This document shows positions 44,096-55,119 of a stretch of 64,000 nt of DNA, one piece after another. The DNA comes from an uncultured Gemmatimonadales bacterium. GTDB lineage: Bacteria > Gemmatimonadota > Gemmatimonadetes > Gemmatimonadales > GWC2-71-9. The notes under the pieces were generated by a model. The model did not search any database, was not told where the DNA came from, and saw only the letters and a program-made list of their open reading frames with translations. The translations under genes were made by a program, and so were the position numbers. Positions within the stretch are counted from its first letter, which is position 1; each line of letters begins with the position of its first letter. The DNA lies in assembly GCA_963844035.1 (NCBI GenBank), contig CAWJMT010000005.1:192001-256000 (forward strand), given 5' to 3'.

Positions 44096-44335
44096 TCAGC
44101 GCTTCTTCACAACGCCGGCGAATCCCACAAGAACACCAGCAACGATCGCGACCCAGCCGAATACCACCGGAACCGTGCTCTGGGCGTGGACTTTACTCTT
44201 GAAGGGGCCGACATGGACGACTCCCTCGGACTGAACGCGCGGTCCTTGCAACACAACGAACACGCCAAGTGCGACAATCAAGACTCCCGTGACCGTCAGG
44301 AGTCTCATGCCAGTGATTATGGTTGGACGCTTCAT
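44096..44335 (-). CDS. Small two-TM membrane protein, similar to 30622-30843
   Basis: GVLIVALG...VHVGPF...VPVVFGWVAIVAGVLV. Confidence 0.7.
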   Translation of the reverse strand: MKRPTIITGMRLLTVTGVLIVALGVFVVLQGPRVQSEGVVHVGPFKSKVHAQSTVPVVFGWVAIVAGVLVGFAGVVKKR

Positions 44336-44369
44336 ACACAGTCTCCAAAGTGTTGGGGTTCCGTCACGC

Positions 44370-46130
44370 CTACTGTTTGATGACCGATAGCAGTCCGCCG
44401 CGTACGCTGTGCCAGAGAAACGCGATCAGCGATTCCCGGCGCAGGTAGATGTGGTTGATCGCACCGGTGAGTGGTGGGTTTGTCCCATCGGGATTGTCGT
44501 TGCGCACCATCAACTGGTTCGCCGCAAACGACGCGATGCCCCGCGCGGCGCCGCCGAAGAGCCCGCCGTTGCCCAGGATCCCCGTGGACCCCTTGCGGGT
44601 GATCGATACCGACAGGTTGCTGAATAGCGGCGTGATGCTCCCGGATGCCACGCCGTTCTTGACGACGATGCTGAAGGTCCCCCCGGCCACCTCGCCGTTC
44701 TCGATCCGCACGCCGCCGAGCTGCGCGACGAACGGGTTGAAGTCCAGCGCCGACATCGGGCCCAGGGTGCCGCGGAGACGCATGTCGAACTGTGGCGCGT
44801 CGAGGGGTATTGAGACCCGCAGATCCAATTGCCCCGCGTGCTGGACCTGGGCCCTGACGCTGAGGGTCATGGGATCCTCGGTCGTCCGCCGCCCGACGAA
44901 GTGGCTCACGTTGGCCCCGGCCGCCTCGATGCTCGTGAAGCTGATCACTCCGGGGCGCACCCGGCCGACGGCGTGCTGGCGGTAGATCACCGCGCCATTC
45001 CGCACCCGGAGCGAGTCCACGCTGACGGTCTCGTCCAGATCCGCGATCCAGCGCTGCGGGGTGCGGTGCGCGGAGCCGGGGGTGAAATCCGGCAAACGCT
45101 TGTCGCTGGTCACATCGATCCGGAACGAGTCCACTTCCACGCGCCGCGCCCGTACCCCCTGGCCGAAGAACAACGCGCCGAAATCGATCCCGTCCGCGGT
45201 GATCCGGCCGACGGCGAGCTTGATGAGGGCGTGGCGGTCCCGCCGCCCCCGTCTGAACGCGGCCCCGCTCTCGCTCGGCTCGAACGTGACGTTGCGGATC
45301 TCCATGGTCGAGTCGGTGAGGCTGGTTCGCAGCAGGCCGACGCGTACCGCCGTGGCGCGGTCCGGGTGCGTGACGAAGTTGCTCGCCCCCAGCTCGATCC
45401 TGCGGCTGAACAGCGGCCGAGACGCTGCGCTGCTGTCGCTGGGATCGATCACCACGTCTGTCATGCTCCACTCGAGATGCTCGAGCTCGAGCCCGATCGC
45501 CCCAATGGCTGTCCGCGGCAGCCGAATGTCGAGGGCGAGGCGCGGAAACACGACCTGCGCGAGGCGGATGCGCGGCGCGTACGACGGCAACCGGACGGCC
45601 TGCTGGATTACGAGAAAGGCCTCCCGCTCTTGGAAATCGAGCTTGGCCCGCGCAACCACGCGCGCGCCCGGCACGACGCGAGGACGGCGCGGCATCTGGA
45701 CCATGAGGGTCCCCGACTCGCACCCGAACGATTCGGCGATGAGGCCGCCGCTGAACACCAGGGCGAAGAAATCGACCCCCGTGATGCCGCAGCGGTACAG
45801 CGCCAGGCGCAGGCCCGGGAGTGGTTGCGTCCGGTGCTCGTTGAGGGCGCGCCGCGTCGCGAGCGCGAGGGAGTCCACCGCGATGCCGGGGGGGATCGTC
45901 CAGTCAAAATGCACCTGCCCCATCCGCAGCTGGTACACGCCGCCCGACCCCTGGTCGATCGCTCCCACGACCCAGTTGTGCAACAGTTTCCTGCCGATCC
46001 AGGTGGCGCGCCACACGAGGCCCCCGGCGGAAATGGCCACGAGCAGCACGGCGATGATGGCGAGGTCGATGGACTTGCGCCGTCCGAACACCAGCCGGAG
46101 CCAGCGGCGCGCCGTGATCGTTCTGGTCAT
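44370..46130 (-). CDS. Membrane-anchored beta-rich protein (AsmA/DUF748-like)
   Basis: N-terminal TM helix, long beta-rich body; family assignment is inference. Confidence 0.65.
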   Translation of the reverse strand: MTRTITARRWLRLVFGRRKSIDLAIIAVLLVAISAGGLVWRATWIGRKLLHNWVVGAIDQGSGGVYQLRMGQVHFDWTIPPGIAVDSLALATRRALNEHRTQPLPGLRLALYRCGITGVDFFALVFSGGLIAESFGCESGTLMVQMPRRPRVVPGARVVARAKLDFQEREAFLVIQQAVRLPSYAPRIRLAQVVFPRLALDIRLPRTAIGAIGLELEHLEWSMTDVVIDPSDSSAASRPLFSRRIELGASNFVTHPDRATAVRVGLLRTSLTDSTMEIRNVTFEPSESGAAFRRGRRDRHALIKLAVGRITADGIDFGALFFGQGVRARRVEVDSFRIDVTSDKRLPDFTPGSAHRTPQRWIADLDETVSVDSLRVRNGAVIYRQHAVGRVRPGVISFTSIEAAGANVSHFVGRRTTEDPMTLSVRAQVQHAGQLDLRVSIPLDAPQFDMRLRGTLGPMSALDFNPFVAQLGGVRIENGEVAGGTFSIVVKNGVASGSITPLFSNLSVSITRKGSTGILGNGGLFGGAARGIASFAANQLMVRNDNPDGTNPPLTGAINHIYLRRESLIAFLWHSVRGGLLSVIKQ

Positions 46131-46311
46131 CTGATCCTGCTGGGCAGAGTTCTCGACATTACGTATAGGTATGTCCGAACCACCCCCGGCAGGTATCGCT
46201 CAATGGGGGAATGGCCGAGCGACGTAGTCACTCGAACGAAGTAGTTCTTCATGGCGAGGCGTCGCGACTATTATTGAAGCGGCGATCGCTATCCCCCTCT
46301 AGGAGGTCTGC

Positions 46312-48307
46312 GTGCGAAACGTTGCGCCCATTCTCGTGGGGGCCCTGCTCGCGACGGCACCGCTCGTCGTGGCGCGTGCGCAATCGCGTCCCGCCCCCAC
46401 GGCGGACCCCACGGGGACGGCGACGGGAGCGCGCCCGATCCCCGGGCCCGTGTATGAGTCGCCGGGATTCAGCCGCGCCGTGAAGCGCGGCACCCGCACC
46501 CGCAGCGGCGCACCCGGTCCCAAGTACTGGGTGCAGCATCCGCGCTACGAGATCGAGGCGACGCTGGACGTGGGAACCCACGTCGTGACGGGCCGCGAGA
46601 CCGTGGTGTACCGCAACTACTCGCCCGACACCTTAGACCGGCTCGCCGTGCATCTGCGCCAGAACGCCTTCGCCGCAGGCAGCCCGCATCGCGACCCCGC
46701 GCCGATCACGGGGGGCGTGAAACTGGAACGAGTCGTGGTGAATGAACGCGCCGTGGTGCCGGTCGCAGGCGTAAAGCGGCCGCGCAATCCCGGTGAGTAC
46801 GCGGTGGACGCCACCGTCATGTGGATCGCGCTCGCCACGCCGCTCCTCCCGGGCGACAGCCTGCGCTTCGAGACCGCCTGGTCCTACACGCCGCCGCTCG
46901 TCGCCGTCGGACGGCCGCCAGGGGCGCGAGGACCACCTGTATTTGATGGGTTACTGGTATCCGCAGATCGCCGTGTACGACGACGTGGACGGCTGGGTGG
47001 CGGAGCCCTACCTGCTCGAGGCGGAGTTCTACATGGATCCCGCCGACTACGACGTGCGGGTGACCGTGCCGCGCGGCTGGGTGGTCGGCGCCACCGGCAC
47101 GCTGCGCAATCCCGCGGACCTCCTGACGCCGGCGGCGCGCGACAGTCTCGCCGCCGCGAGGGCGTCGGGACGTGTGGTCCGCATCGTCACGCCTGACTCG
47201 AGCGCGCGCCCACGCCTTCGCGCGCGGCGCCGGCGACCAGGCGACGTGGCACTTCACCGCCACCGACGTGCGAGACTTCGCGTGGGGGACGAGCGATCGC
47301 TACGCGTGGGACGCGACGCGAGCGCTGGTCGGCGTCCGACACGGTCGCGATCCACAGCTTCTTCCGCCTGTCGGCGCCCGCCGCGGCGTGGGCGCGGGGG
47401 GGCGCGCGCTTCACGCGCGACGCGGTGCAGCAGCTGTCGGCCGAGCTCTGGGCGTATCCGTATCCCCAAATGACGTCGATGGAGGGCGTGCTCGACGGGG
47501 GCGGGATGGAGTACCCGATGCTGACGATCATGCAGCCGTGGTCCGACACGATGTCGCTCGCCGGCGACCTGATGCACGAGACCGGGCACATGTGGTTCCC
47601 GATGCAGGTCGGATCGAACGAGACCCGCTACCCGTGGATGGACGAGGGGTTCACGCAGTACAACACGGCGCAGGCGATGCGGGTGTTGTACCATGAGCCC
47701 CGCGTCGGGGGCCGGGTCAACGATGCCGAGCCGGGGCAACGCGCCACGTACCTCCGGGCGGCGCGCGCCGGCGCGGAAATGCCCCTGATGGTACATGGAG
47801 ACGACTACCCGCCGTCGCTGTACTACATCATGTACTACAACAAGACGGCGCAGGTGCTCGCGGCGCTGCGCGGGGTCATCGGCCCCAAGGTGTTTCATCA
47901 GGCCTTTGTCGAGTACGGCCGCCGCTGGATCGGCCGGCACCCCGAGCCGTGGGACTTCTTCAACACCATCGCCACTGCGGCGGGGCGCGATCTCTCGTGG
48001 TTCTGGGCCACCTGGTTCTATCAACCGTGGTCACTCGACCAGGCGATCGACTCCGTCAAGTCCGCCGGCGACTCGGTGACGATCACCATCGCCGACCGCG
48101 GCCTCGCCCCGATGCCCGTACTGCTCGCGGTGACGCGCGCTGACGGCAGCGTGCAGCGCCGCCTGCTCCCGGCCACTGTCTGGCTGCGCGGCGAGCGGCG
48201 CGTGCGGGTGCGGGTGGCGCGCGCCCCCAAGATCGTGCGGATCGAGATCGATCCCACGAGCGCGTTCCCGGACCTGGACCACGACAACCAGGTCGTGGGT
48301 GCCATGA
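46312..48307 (+). CDS. M1-family aminopeptidase (frameshifted)
   Basis: GGMEYP, HETGH-x18-E (WMDEG), YNKT. Confidence 0.9.
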
Positions 48308-49006
48308 AGGTCGTCCTGTTCGGCGCGACGGGCATGGTGGGGCAGGGCGTGTTGCGCGAATGCCTGCTGGCCCCGGACGTGGAGCGGGTCCTCAGCGTCG
48401 TGCGCCGCGCCACCGGGCAGCGACACGCGAAGCTCGTGGAGCTCGTGCACGAGAACTTTGCCAATTTCGATGCGCGTCGCGTCGCAGCTCACGGGCTACG
48501 ACGCCTGCTTTTTCTGTCTCGGCGTGGCGTCGGCGGGAATGACCGAGGATGCCTACGCGCGGGTGACCCTCGACATCACCGTTGCGGCCGGGACCACGCT
48601 CGTCAGGCTCAACCCGGGGATGACGTTCGTGTTCGTATCCGGCGCCGGCACCGATTCGAGTGAGCGGGGGAGCAGGATGTGGGCGCGAGTGAAAGGGAAA
48701 GCCGAGAACGCGCTGCTCGCCATGCCGTTCAAGGCCGCGTACATGTTTCGGCCGGGATTGATCCAGCCGCTGCACGGCATCTCGTCCCGGACCAAGGCGT
48801 ACCGGATGTTCTATGCCGTGTTCGGGCCGCTGTTTCCCGTGGCGCGGGCGCTGTTTCCGAGCTCCGTCACCACCACCGAGCAGATCGGGCGCGCCATGCT
48901 CCGGGTGGCGCGGGAGGGGGCGCCCAACCGGGTGCCCAAGCAGGTGTTTGAAGCCCGCGACATCATCGCGCTCGGGCGTCGAACGGAGACGGTCGCAGGG
49001 CATTGA
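48304..49006 (+). CDS. NAD(P)-binding Rossmann-fold protein (epimerase-like), frameshifted
   Basis: FGATGMVGQG, DACFFCLG, WARVKGKAEN, FRPG. Confidence 0.88.
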
Positions 49007-49016
49007 AGCCTGAGCC

Positions 49017-51092
49017 ATGTGTTGTTGCGGTCGCGGGGCTGCTCGCCGCGTTGAGTCTGATCCCCCCCCGCGCGCGGTGGCGGCGCAAGCGTGCCCTGCG
49101 CGGGTGACGGCGCTGGTGCTCTCGGGTGGCAGCGCGCGCGGACTGGCTCACATCGGCGTGCTCCAGGTGCTCGACAGCCTCGGCGTGCGACCCGATCTCA
49201 TCGTCGGCACCAGCATGGGTGCCGTCGTCGGGGCGCTCTACGCCTCGGGCTTCAGGGCGACGCAAGTCGACTCGATCATCCGCGCGGCCAACCTGGGCCA
49301 CCTGTTTCAACGCTACACCCCGCGCCGGCCGCAGGGGTTCGGCGGCACGCAACCGCTGGTGATGTGGTCCCGGGCGGCGGGGGGGATCACGCTGGCCGCG
49401 AATCCGGTTCAGAGCGCCGAGCTCAACGCCAAAGTGGCCGGTCTCATGCTGCGCGGGAATCTCCTGGCGCGCGGCGACTTCGATCGGTTGCCGATTCCGT
49501 TTCGCGCCGTCGCGACGCGGCTCAACGACGGGACCGGGGTGGTGTTCCGGGGCGGCGACCTGGGCCGGGCGGTGCGGGCGAGCATGTCCATTCCCATTGT
49601 GTTCGAGCCCGTATCGGTCAACGGCGTCCGCATGGTCGATGGGGGCCTCGTCGCGAACGTACCGGTCGGGTACGCGCGCGCCGAGGGCGCCGAGCAGGTG
49701 ATCGTCTCCGACGTGTCGGAGGGTCTGGCCGATACGGTCGGACTCGCCGGCTCGGCACCGCCGGTGCGGGTCATCACCCACCTGGTGAGCCTGTTGTCGA
49801 GTCAGCCCCCCGACTCCCTGGGGCCTGACGACGCGATGGTGCGTATGACCCTCATGCACTATCCCATGCTTGATTTCGCGGACGCCAAGATTTCGGCGCT
49901 CATCGCGGAAGGGCGACACGCCGCCACGCAGGCGCTGGCGGGCGCGCGCTGCCTGCCTCGCGGTGAGCGGAGGGCTTCCGCCACCCAGCTCCCCACGACG
50001 ATCGGCGCCGTTCACGTCGACAGCGTTGACGAACAGGTCGCGCACGAGTTCACGCGCATGCTCGGGCTGACCCCCGGCGAGCCGCTCGATCCCGGCAAAT
50101 TGCGAGAAGAGCTGCTCGCCTTCCCCGTGCTGACGGATGCGCGAGCGATCTGGCTCTCGCCCACCGGGGGCGGCGACACGGTCGACTTCCGAGTCACGAT
50201 CGAACGGCCCCATGACCTCGTGGTGGGGCTGGGCCTGGCCTACGATTACGATCAAGGTGGCCGTCTCTGGCTGGGGAGCGGCGGCCGGCTGCCGATCGCC
50301 GGAGGCATCACCGCCTGGTCGTGGCTTGCCGCCGACCGCTTCAAGCAGGCGCTCGCGATCGGATTCGCGCACAGCAGCCTGTGGCGCGGGGGCGTCCTGT
50401 CGCTGGGCCTGAACGCGCGCGGCACGAGCGAGCAGATCCGCGTATTCGACAGCGACGGTCTGGAAGGCGGTCCGCTGCAAACCAATGAGCTGCTCTGGTT
50501 CGCCGGCGTCGAGCCGCAGCTGAGCGAGCACTGGCAGGGCGCGCTCGGTCTGGAGGCTCGGAGCTGGAGCGAGCCCGGTCGCACGACCTCGGGTGGGGGC
50601 GCGCGGGTGCGGCTGCAGCAGGTGGACGGCAACGGGGCGCCGCTGGTGCAGATTGAGGCGAATATCACCAACGCCTACCAGCGGGTCAGTGCGACCGGTG
50701 AATTGCACGCGAAAGTGCTCGCGAGCGGCCGCCTCGAGGCGGTGCCATTCGGGCGCTACGGGTGGGGCGAGGACCTGCCGCTCCAGGCGACGTTCCCCCT
50801 GGGCGGCACCGATGGGTTCCCCGGCCTGGTCCTGGGCGAGCGGCGGGGGAGCCGCGAGGTGCTGGCGGGTCTGCGCCTGCAGTACGCGCTGGGCGGCGGG
50901 CTGTTCGCGGAGCTGAGCGGTCAGGGCGGCGCCACCGCCGATGAGGGGGGCGCCATACCGGATTCGATGTGGGTGTGGGGTGGCAGGCTGGGGTTCCGCG
51001 TCGACACCCCGGTGGGAAGCCTGCGCTTCGCCTACGGGCACAACTCGCTCGGCCGCGGCAACGCCTTCGTGCGCGTCGGCTCCTGGTGGTGA
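49017..51092 (+). CDS. Patatin-like phospholipase with C-terminal Omp85-type barrel (PlpD-like); start uncertain
   Basis: LSGGSARG, GTSMG, DGG; C-terminal TPVG.LRFAYG...VRVGSWW. Confidence 0.88.
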   Translation: MCCCGRGAARRVESDPPPRAVAAQACPARVTALVLSGGSARGLAHIGVLQVLDSLGVRPDLIVGTSMGAVVGALYASGFRATQVDSIIRAANLGHLFQRYTPRRPQGFGGTQPLVMWSRAAGGITLAANPVQSAELNAKVAGLMLRGNLLARGDFDRLPIPFRAVATRLNDGTGVVFRGGDLGRAVRASMSIPIVFEPVSVNGVRMVDGGLVANVPVGYARAEGAEQVIVSDVSEGLADTVGLAGSAPPVRVITHLVSLLSSQPPDSLGPDDAMVRMTLMHYPMLDFADAKISALIAEGRHAATQALAGARCLPRGERRASATQLPTTIGAVHVDSVDEQVAHEFTRMLGLTPGEPLDPGKLREELLAFPVLTDARAIWLSPTGGGDTVDFRVTIERPHDLVVGLGLAYDYDQGGRLWLGSGGRLPIAGGITAWSWLAADRFKQALAIGFAHSSLWRGGVLSLGLNARGTSEQIRVFDSDGLEGGPLQTNELLWFAGVEPQLSEHWQGALGLEARSWSEPGRTTSGGGARVRLQQVDGNGAPLVQIEANITNAYQRVSATGELHAKVLASGRLEAVPFGRYGWGEDLPLQATFPLGGTDGFPGLVLGERRGSREVLAGLRLQYALGGGLFAELSGQGGATADEGGAIPDSMWVWGGRLGFRVDTPVGSLRFAYGHNSLGRGNAFVRVGSWW

Positions 51093-51096
51093 TCCC

Positions 51097-51678
51097 CTAG
51101 GCGGGCCTCCCGGCCTCCGTCGCTTCCCGAATCTCGTTCAGACGTCCGGTCTTCACGTCGAAGATGTACCCGTAGATCGTCACCTTCCGGGAGACCAGTG
51201 GATGGTTGCGAATGCGGCGCACGTCCGCGGTCACGCTTTCCGTTTGATTCTTGATCGTGAGCCAGTCGATGTAGCCACCTTCCGCTGACCCCGGGCCGTT
51301 CCCCACATCGTGAAAGCCGTCCGGCTGGAGCGTCGCCGTCTCGAGGCTCTGGGCCAGGAGGGCGCGCATCGTTTCGTCGGTGAAGTACTCCTGGCCGCAA
51401 TTCGTGTGGTGAATGACGAACCATTCCCGTGTGCCCTGCAGCTTGTACGAAATCACCAGGGAGCGGATCGCGTCATCGCTGGCTCGGCCGCCGGCATTGC
51501 GGATCACATGGGCGTCGCCTTCAGCCAGCCCGGCGAATTTCGCCGGATCCATACGCGCGTCCATGCAGGTCAGGATCGCAAAGCGACGGGCCGGCGGCAT
51601 CGGGAGATTGGCCCGGTCCCCAAAGCTTGCGGCATAACGAGCGTTTGCCGCCAGGACTTCGTCGAGCACCTTGCTCAC
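51097..51678 (-). CDS. Beta-class carbonic anhydrase
   Basis: [28 protein letters not shown]. Confidence 0.95.
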   Translation of the reverse strand: MSKVLDEVLAANARYAASFGDRANLPMPPARRFAILTCMDARMDPAKFAGLAEGDAHVIRNAGGRASDDAIRSLVISYKLQGTREWFVIHHTNCGQEYFTDETMRALLAQSLETATLQPDGFHDVGNGPGSAEGGYIDWLTIKNQTESVTADVRRIRNHPLVSRKVTIYGYIFDVKTGRLNEIREATEAGRPA

Positions 51679-51802
51679 GTATCATCTCCCTTGGGTGACG
51701 TTGCACGATTCGCCAGCGCGGTCGCGAATCTACGCAGGGAGGAGTTTGTCGGACAAGGCGTCGAAACCGGCTGGCTGCGGGCGTCCGTATGGCGTCACAC
51801 CT

Positions 51803-52688
51803 ATGCGACCCTTCTTCACTATCTCGTGTGCCGCCGCTCTGCTCGTGTGGGGAGCCCTCGGCACTCCGGCAGCTGCGCAGGACACCGCGACCGTCGCGGA
51901 GCTCAACACCTTCCTGGATCGCTGGCATCACGCCGCGGCGATCGCCGATGAAGCGGCCTACTTCGAGGCGCTCGACTCGACCGCGGTGTACCTGGGGACG
52001 GACCCCGAGGAGCGGTGGTCGAAGCAGGCGTTCCGCGAGTGGGCCAAGCCGCAGTTCGCGAAGAGCTCCGCCTGGGACCTCACGCCCTTACGACCGCCAC
52101 GTCACGCTCGGGCCCGGCGCCGACTTGGCCTGGTTCGACGAGAAGATCAAGTGGTTCGACAAGCGGCTCAATACCTGGATGGGGACCTGGCGGGGGACGG
52201 GAGTGGTCCACCGCACCGCGGCGGGATGGCGAATCCTGCAATACAACCTGACCATGGAGCTACCGAACGACCGGCTCGGCGACGTTGTCCATCTGCTGCG
52301 CGTATCCCGCGCCGTGGACCCGGGCGACCGGAAAGACATCTTAGCGGTCACCCATGAATACCTCCAGGCGCGCGAGACGCAGAATCCGGTGCGGCTGGGG
52401 AAGGTGATGGCCCCGGACGCGCGCGTGGGGCTCGTCAGGGGCGATTCGATCGCCCGGAAGGGTTGGCCCTTTGCCATGCGAGTGGCGCGCGACTCCATCC
52501 CCGAGGTCACCGTGCTCGGCGACGGCACCGTCGCCGTCGTCTGGGCGCCATTTTCGTCCTATGAGGGGGCGAAGGTCACGGGGTGCGGACTGGCGCAGTT
52601 CCAGCTGATGAAAACACCGCCGGGGTGGCGCATCGCGTCGATCCTGGTGCATCAGCGCGAGGCGTGCGGCGGGTCCGAAAAGAAGTGA
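51803..52688 (+). CDS. Secreted NTF2/SnoaL-like double-domain protein (frameshifted)
   Basis: WHHAAA..D..AYF, LGTDPEERW, AWFDE, WRILQYNL; second domain WAPF...WRIASI. Confidence 0.8.
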
Positions 52689-52812
52689 ATGAGTGTTAGA
52701 CGAAGAGGTTGTTCACGATTACGCACGCCGGCCGAAGCGCGCGAGTAAACTCGCGGCTCGGCCGCTGCCCGTAAACGGGCGTAGTAACCGGTCGCTCGAT
52801 CATCAATAAGAC

Positions 52813-53693
52813 CTAGCGGAAGTGGAGCCCGATCCCTACGTACGAGATCGACTCGAAGAAGAACTGACCCCACGGCGTGGGTCCCTTGAATGCTTCGAGC
52901 AGCAGGCTCCAGGTCCGGCCCAGTCCCTGATGCGCCGGTCCCGGGGGCCCGAGCTCGACGCCCGCCCGCACGCTCCACGACAGCTGCAAATCCGGCTCTT
53001 GCCACGACTGCACGTCGAGCGCCGCGACCACGCGCGCCGCTTCGCGGACCCCGGCGTGAAACAGCGGCTGGTGACGGCGGTACTCCACGCCGGCCTGGAA
53101 CACGCCGTCTTTCATCGGCTGGGGCGCGTGCACGAACACGTAGTCGCCGCCCGCGTACAGCCTCCAGTCCGCGAGGTTGTGCGACAGGAGCAGTTGAATG
53201 CCGTCGTATGACACGTTGAGCCGCTCGGGGTTTTCCCGCAGCAGGTATTCGTCGCCCAGGTGCGAGCTTTGATGGTGCAGCGCGAGGCGCGCGGAGAAGC
53301 TCCCACGCCGGTAGGTGACCGGAAGACCGACCACGTAGTCCGCGTTGACGAGGTCGGTGGACTGTGTCCCAATCTCGAACTGCGAGAACACCCCTCCCGA
53401 CAGGTCGATCTGCCAGCCGTCGCCGGGCCGGCGGCCAGGCCACCGCACCAGGCCGAACGTCTCACCCGAGTCCGATGGCCCCGATCTGCCGGTCGAGCAC
53501 GGGTGAATCGGTCCCCAGGTAGCTGGCCTGGAACTGCGGCTCTTTCAGATCGGCGATGAGGGGGGTGAACATGTAGCCCACGGGGAGAATTTCGGCCCCT
53601 CGCGGTGGAGCGCTGTCGGTGCCCAACGCAACGCCCTGCGCCGCAGCGCGGGGAGGAGCAGGCACGAGAGCAGGGCGAGGGCAAGCACGGCAC
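52813..53693 (-). CDS. DUF1207-like outer-membrane protein (frameshifted)
   Basis: FTPLIADLKEP, GGVFSQF, DLVNADY, HQSSHLGDE, GPTPWGQF. Confidence 0.8.
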
Positions 53694-53705
53694 CCTCCCC
53701 GCGCG

Positions 53706-54941
53706 TCACGGCCGCTTGGTCACTTTGCCGATGGCGTTGATCAGGTCGCCCAAGTCGTACGGCTTGAGGACCGACGGCTGGCCGCACTCCTCCAGAAAGC
53801 GGCGGGTCTCATCGCGCGCGCGGTCGCCGGTGACAAACACGAAGCGGCGCGCGAGCTGGGGCCGCTCGTCCACCAGCTGCTCCCACAGGGCCCGGCCGCC
53901 GAGGCGGGGCATCTGGAGGTCGGTGACCACCGCGTCGAATCCCGCGGTGGTGGGCCCGAGCCGCTCGACCGCCTCGAGGCCGTTTTCCACCGCCACCACC
54001 TCATGACCTTCGCGCTCGAGCAGCAGGCGCATGGCCTGGCGGTTCACCGCGTCGTCGTCCACCACGAGGATCCGGAGCTTGGGCAGCGACGGCGTGGTGG
54101 CGGTCGTCTGGGCCAGCGGCGAGAGCACGCTCTTCGGGAGGGTGACGATCACCTCCGCGTTGCCGATCGCACGCGGCCGCAGCCGCAGCGTGCCGCCGGC
54201 CGACTGCGCCAGCGCGCGCGCCAGCGCGAACTCGATCTCCCCGCCGCCGCCCTGGGTGAACCGGAACGGCGACACGAGCCGCTGCTCCGCCTCGACGGAG
54301 AGGGGCGCGCCCGAGTCGGACAGCCCGATCGTGAGGGATTGCCCGATATCCACCACGGCCACCCGCAGCTCGCGCGGCGGTTGGCTGTCCCGCAGGCGGC
54401 GGAGCGAGAAGTCGAGCAGGCGGGTGAACATCTCGGTGAGCTGCGCCATCGGGCAGGCGACCATCGGGAGGTCGTGGGGGATGCTCCGGTCGAGCTTCAC
54501 CCCCAGCTCGCGCAGCGTCACCTCGCGCTCGGCCAGCACGCCGTTCAGCACCACCGCCGCGTCGGACGGCTCCGCCGCGCCGATCGGATGCTCGGCCAGC
54601 TCCAGGAAGTGCTGCGTGATCTCCGCCGCACGGCGGACCTCGCCGTGCAGCATCATCAGGGCGCGGGCCCGCTCCGGATCGAGCGGGCTGCCGTGCAGCA
54701 GGTCCGCCAGCGCGCCGATGGCCGCCAGGCGGTTGTTCAGCGCGTTCAGCACGTTGGCCGACCCCTCATCCAGCGCGACGCGCTTCACCTCTACGGGTGG
54801 GGCGGGACGGGTGGGCGCGGGTTTGGGGAGCGTGGGTCCGGTGGGGCGCCGCGCGCTCGCGCGCTGGCGCCCGACCAGGAAGCCGAGCACCCCGCACACC
54901 AGGCCGCCGAATGCGAACGAAATCCAGAGTTCCATGGCCAC
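53706..54941 (-). CDS. Degenerate histidine-kinase-like protein fused to a receiver domain
   Basis: NVLNALNNRLAAI in place of the H-box; intact receiver VVDDD/VVTDLQMP/FVTG/LKP. Confidence 0.8.
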   Translation of the reverse strand: MAMELWISFAFGGLVCGVLGFLVGRQRASARRPTGPTLPKPAPTRPAPPVEVKRVALDEGSANVLNALNNRLAAIGALADLLHGSPLDPERARALMMLHGEVRRAAEITQHFLELAEHPIGAAEPSDAAVVLNGVLAEREVTLRELGVKLDRSIPHDLPMVACPMAQLTEMFTRLLDFSLRRLRDSQPPRELRVAVVDIGQSLTIGLSDSGAPLSVEAEQRLVSPFRFTQGGGGEIEFALARALAQSAGGTLRLRPRAIGNAEVIVTLPKSVLSPLAQTTATTPSLPKLRILVVDDDAVNRQAMRLLLEREGHEVVAVENGLEAVERLGPTTAGFDAVVTDLQMPRLGGRALWEQLVDERPQLARRFVFVTGDRARDETRRFLEECGQPSVLKPYDLGDLINAIGKVTKRP

Positions 54942-55030
54942 CTAAGCTACGCATCTTGGGACCGCGCGTCCAACAGCAAGCAGGCGATCGGCTTGAAATG
55001 GGGGGACCGGCGCTCTAGGTTTCTCGGCCC

Positions 55031-55112
55031 GCCCTGGTGGTGAAATTGGTAGACACGCTGTCTTGAGGGGGCAGTGGCGCAAGCCGTCCCGGTTCGAGTC
55101 CGGGCCAGGGCA
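55031..55112 (+). tRNA. tRNA-Leu (GAG)
   Basis: GCCCTGG/CCAGGGC acceptor, CTGTC-TTGAGGG-GGCAG anticodon arm, long variable arm. Confidence 0.93.
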
Positions 55113-55119
55113 TTCCCAA

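Noticed and set aside
29756..46245. GTAGTC...TCGA motif at about 29757, 30412 and 46224
   Set aside because: Short and variably spaced; insufficient to call a binding site.
47425..48663. Apparent M1 peptidase-epimerase fusion
   Set aside because: The junction has an ATGA overlap typical of two coupled genes; the read-through is explained by an indel.
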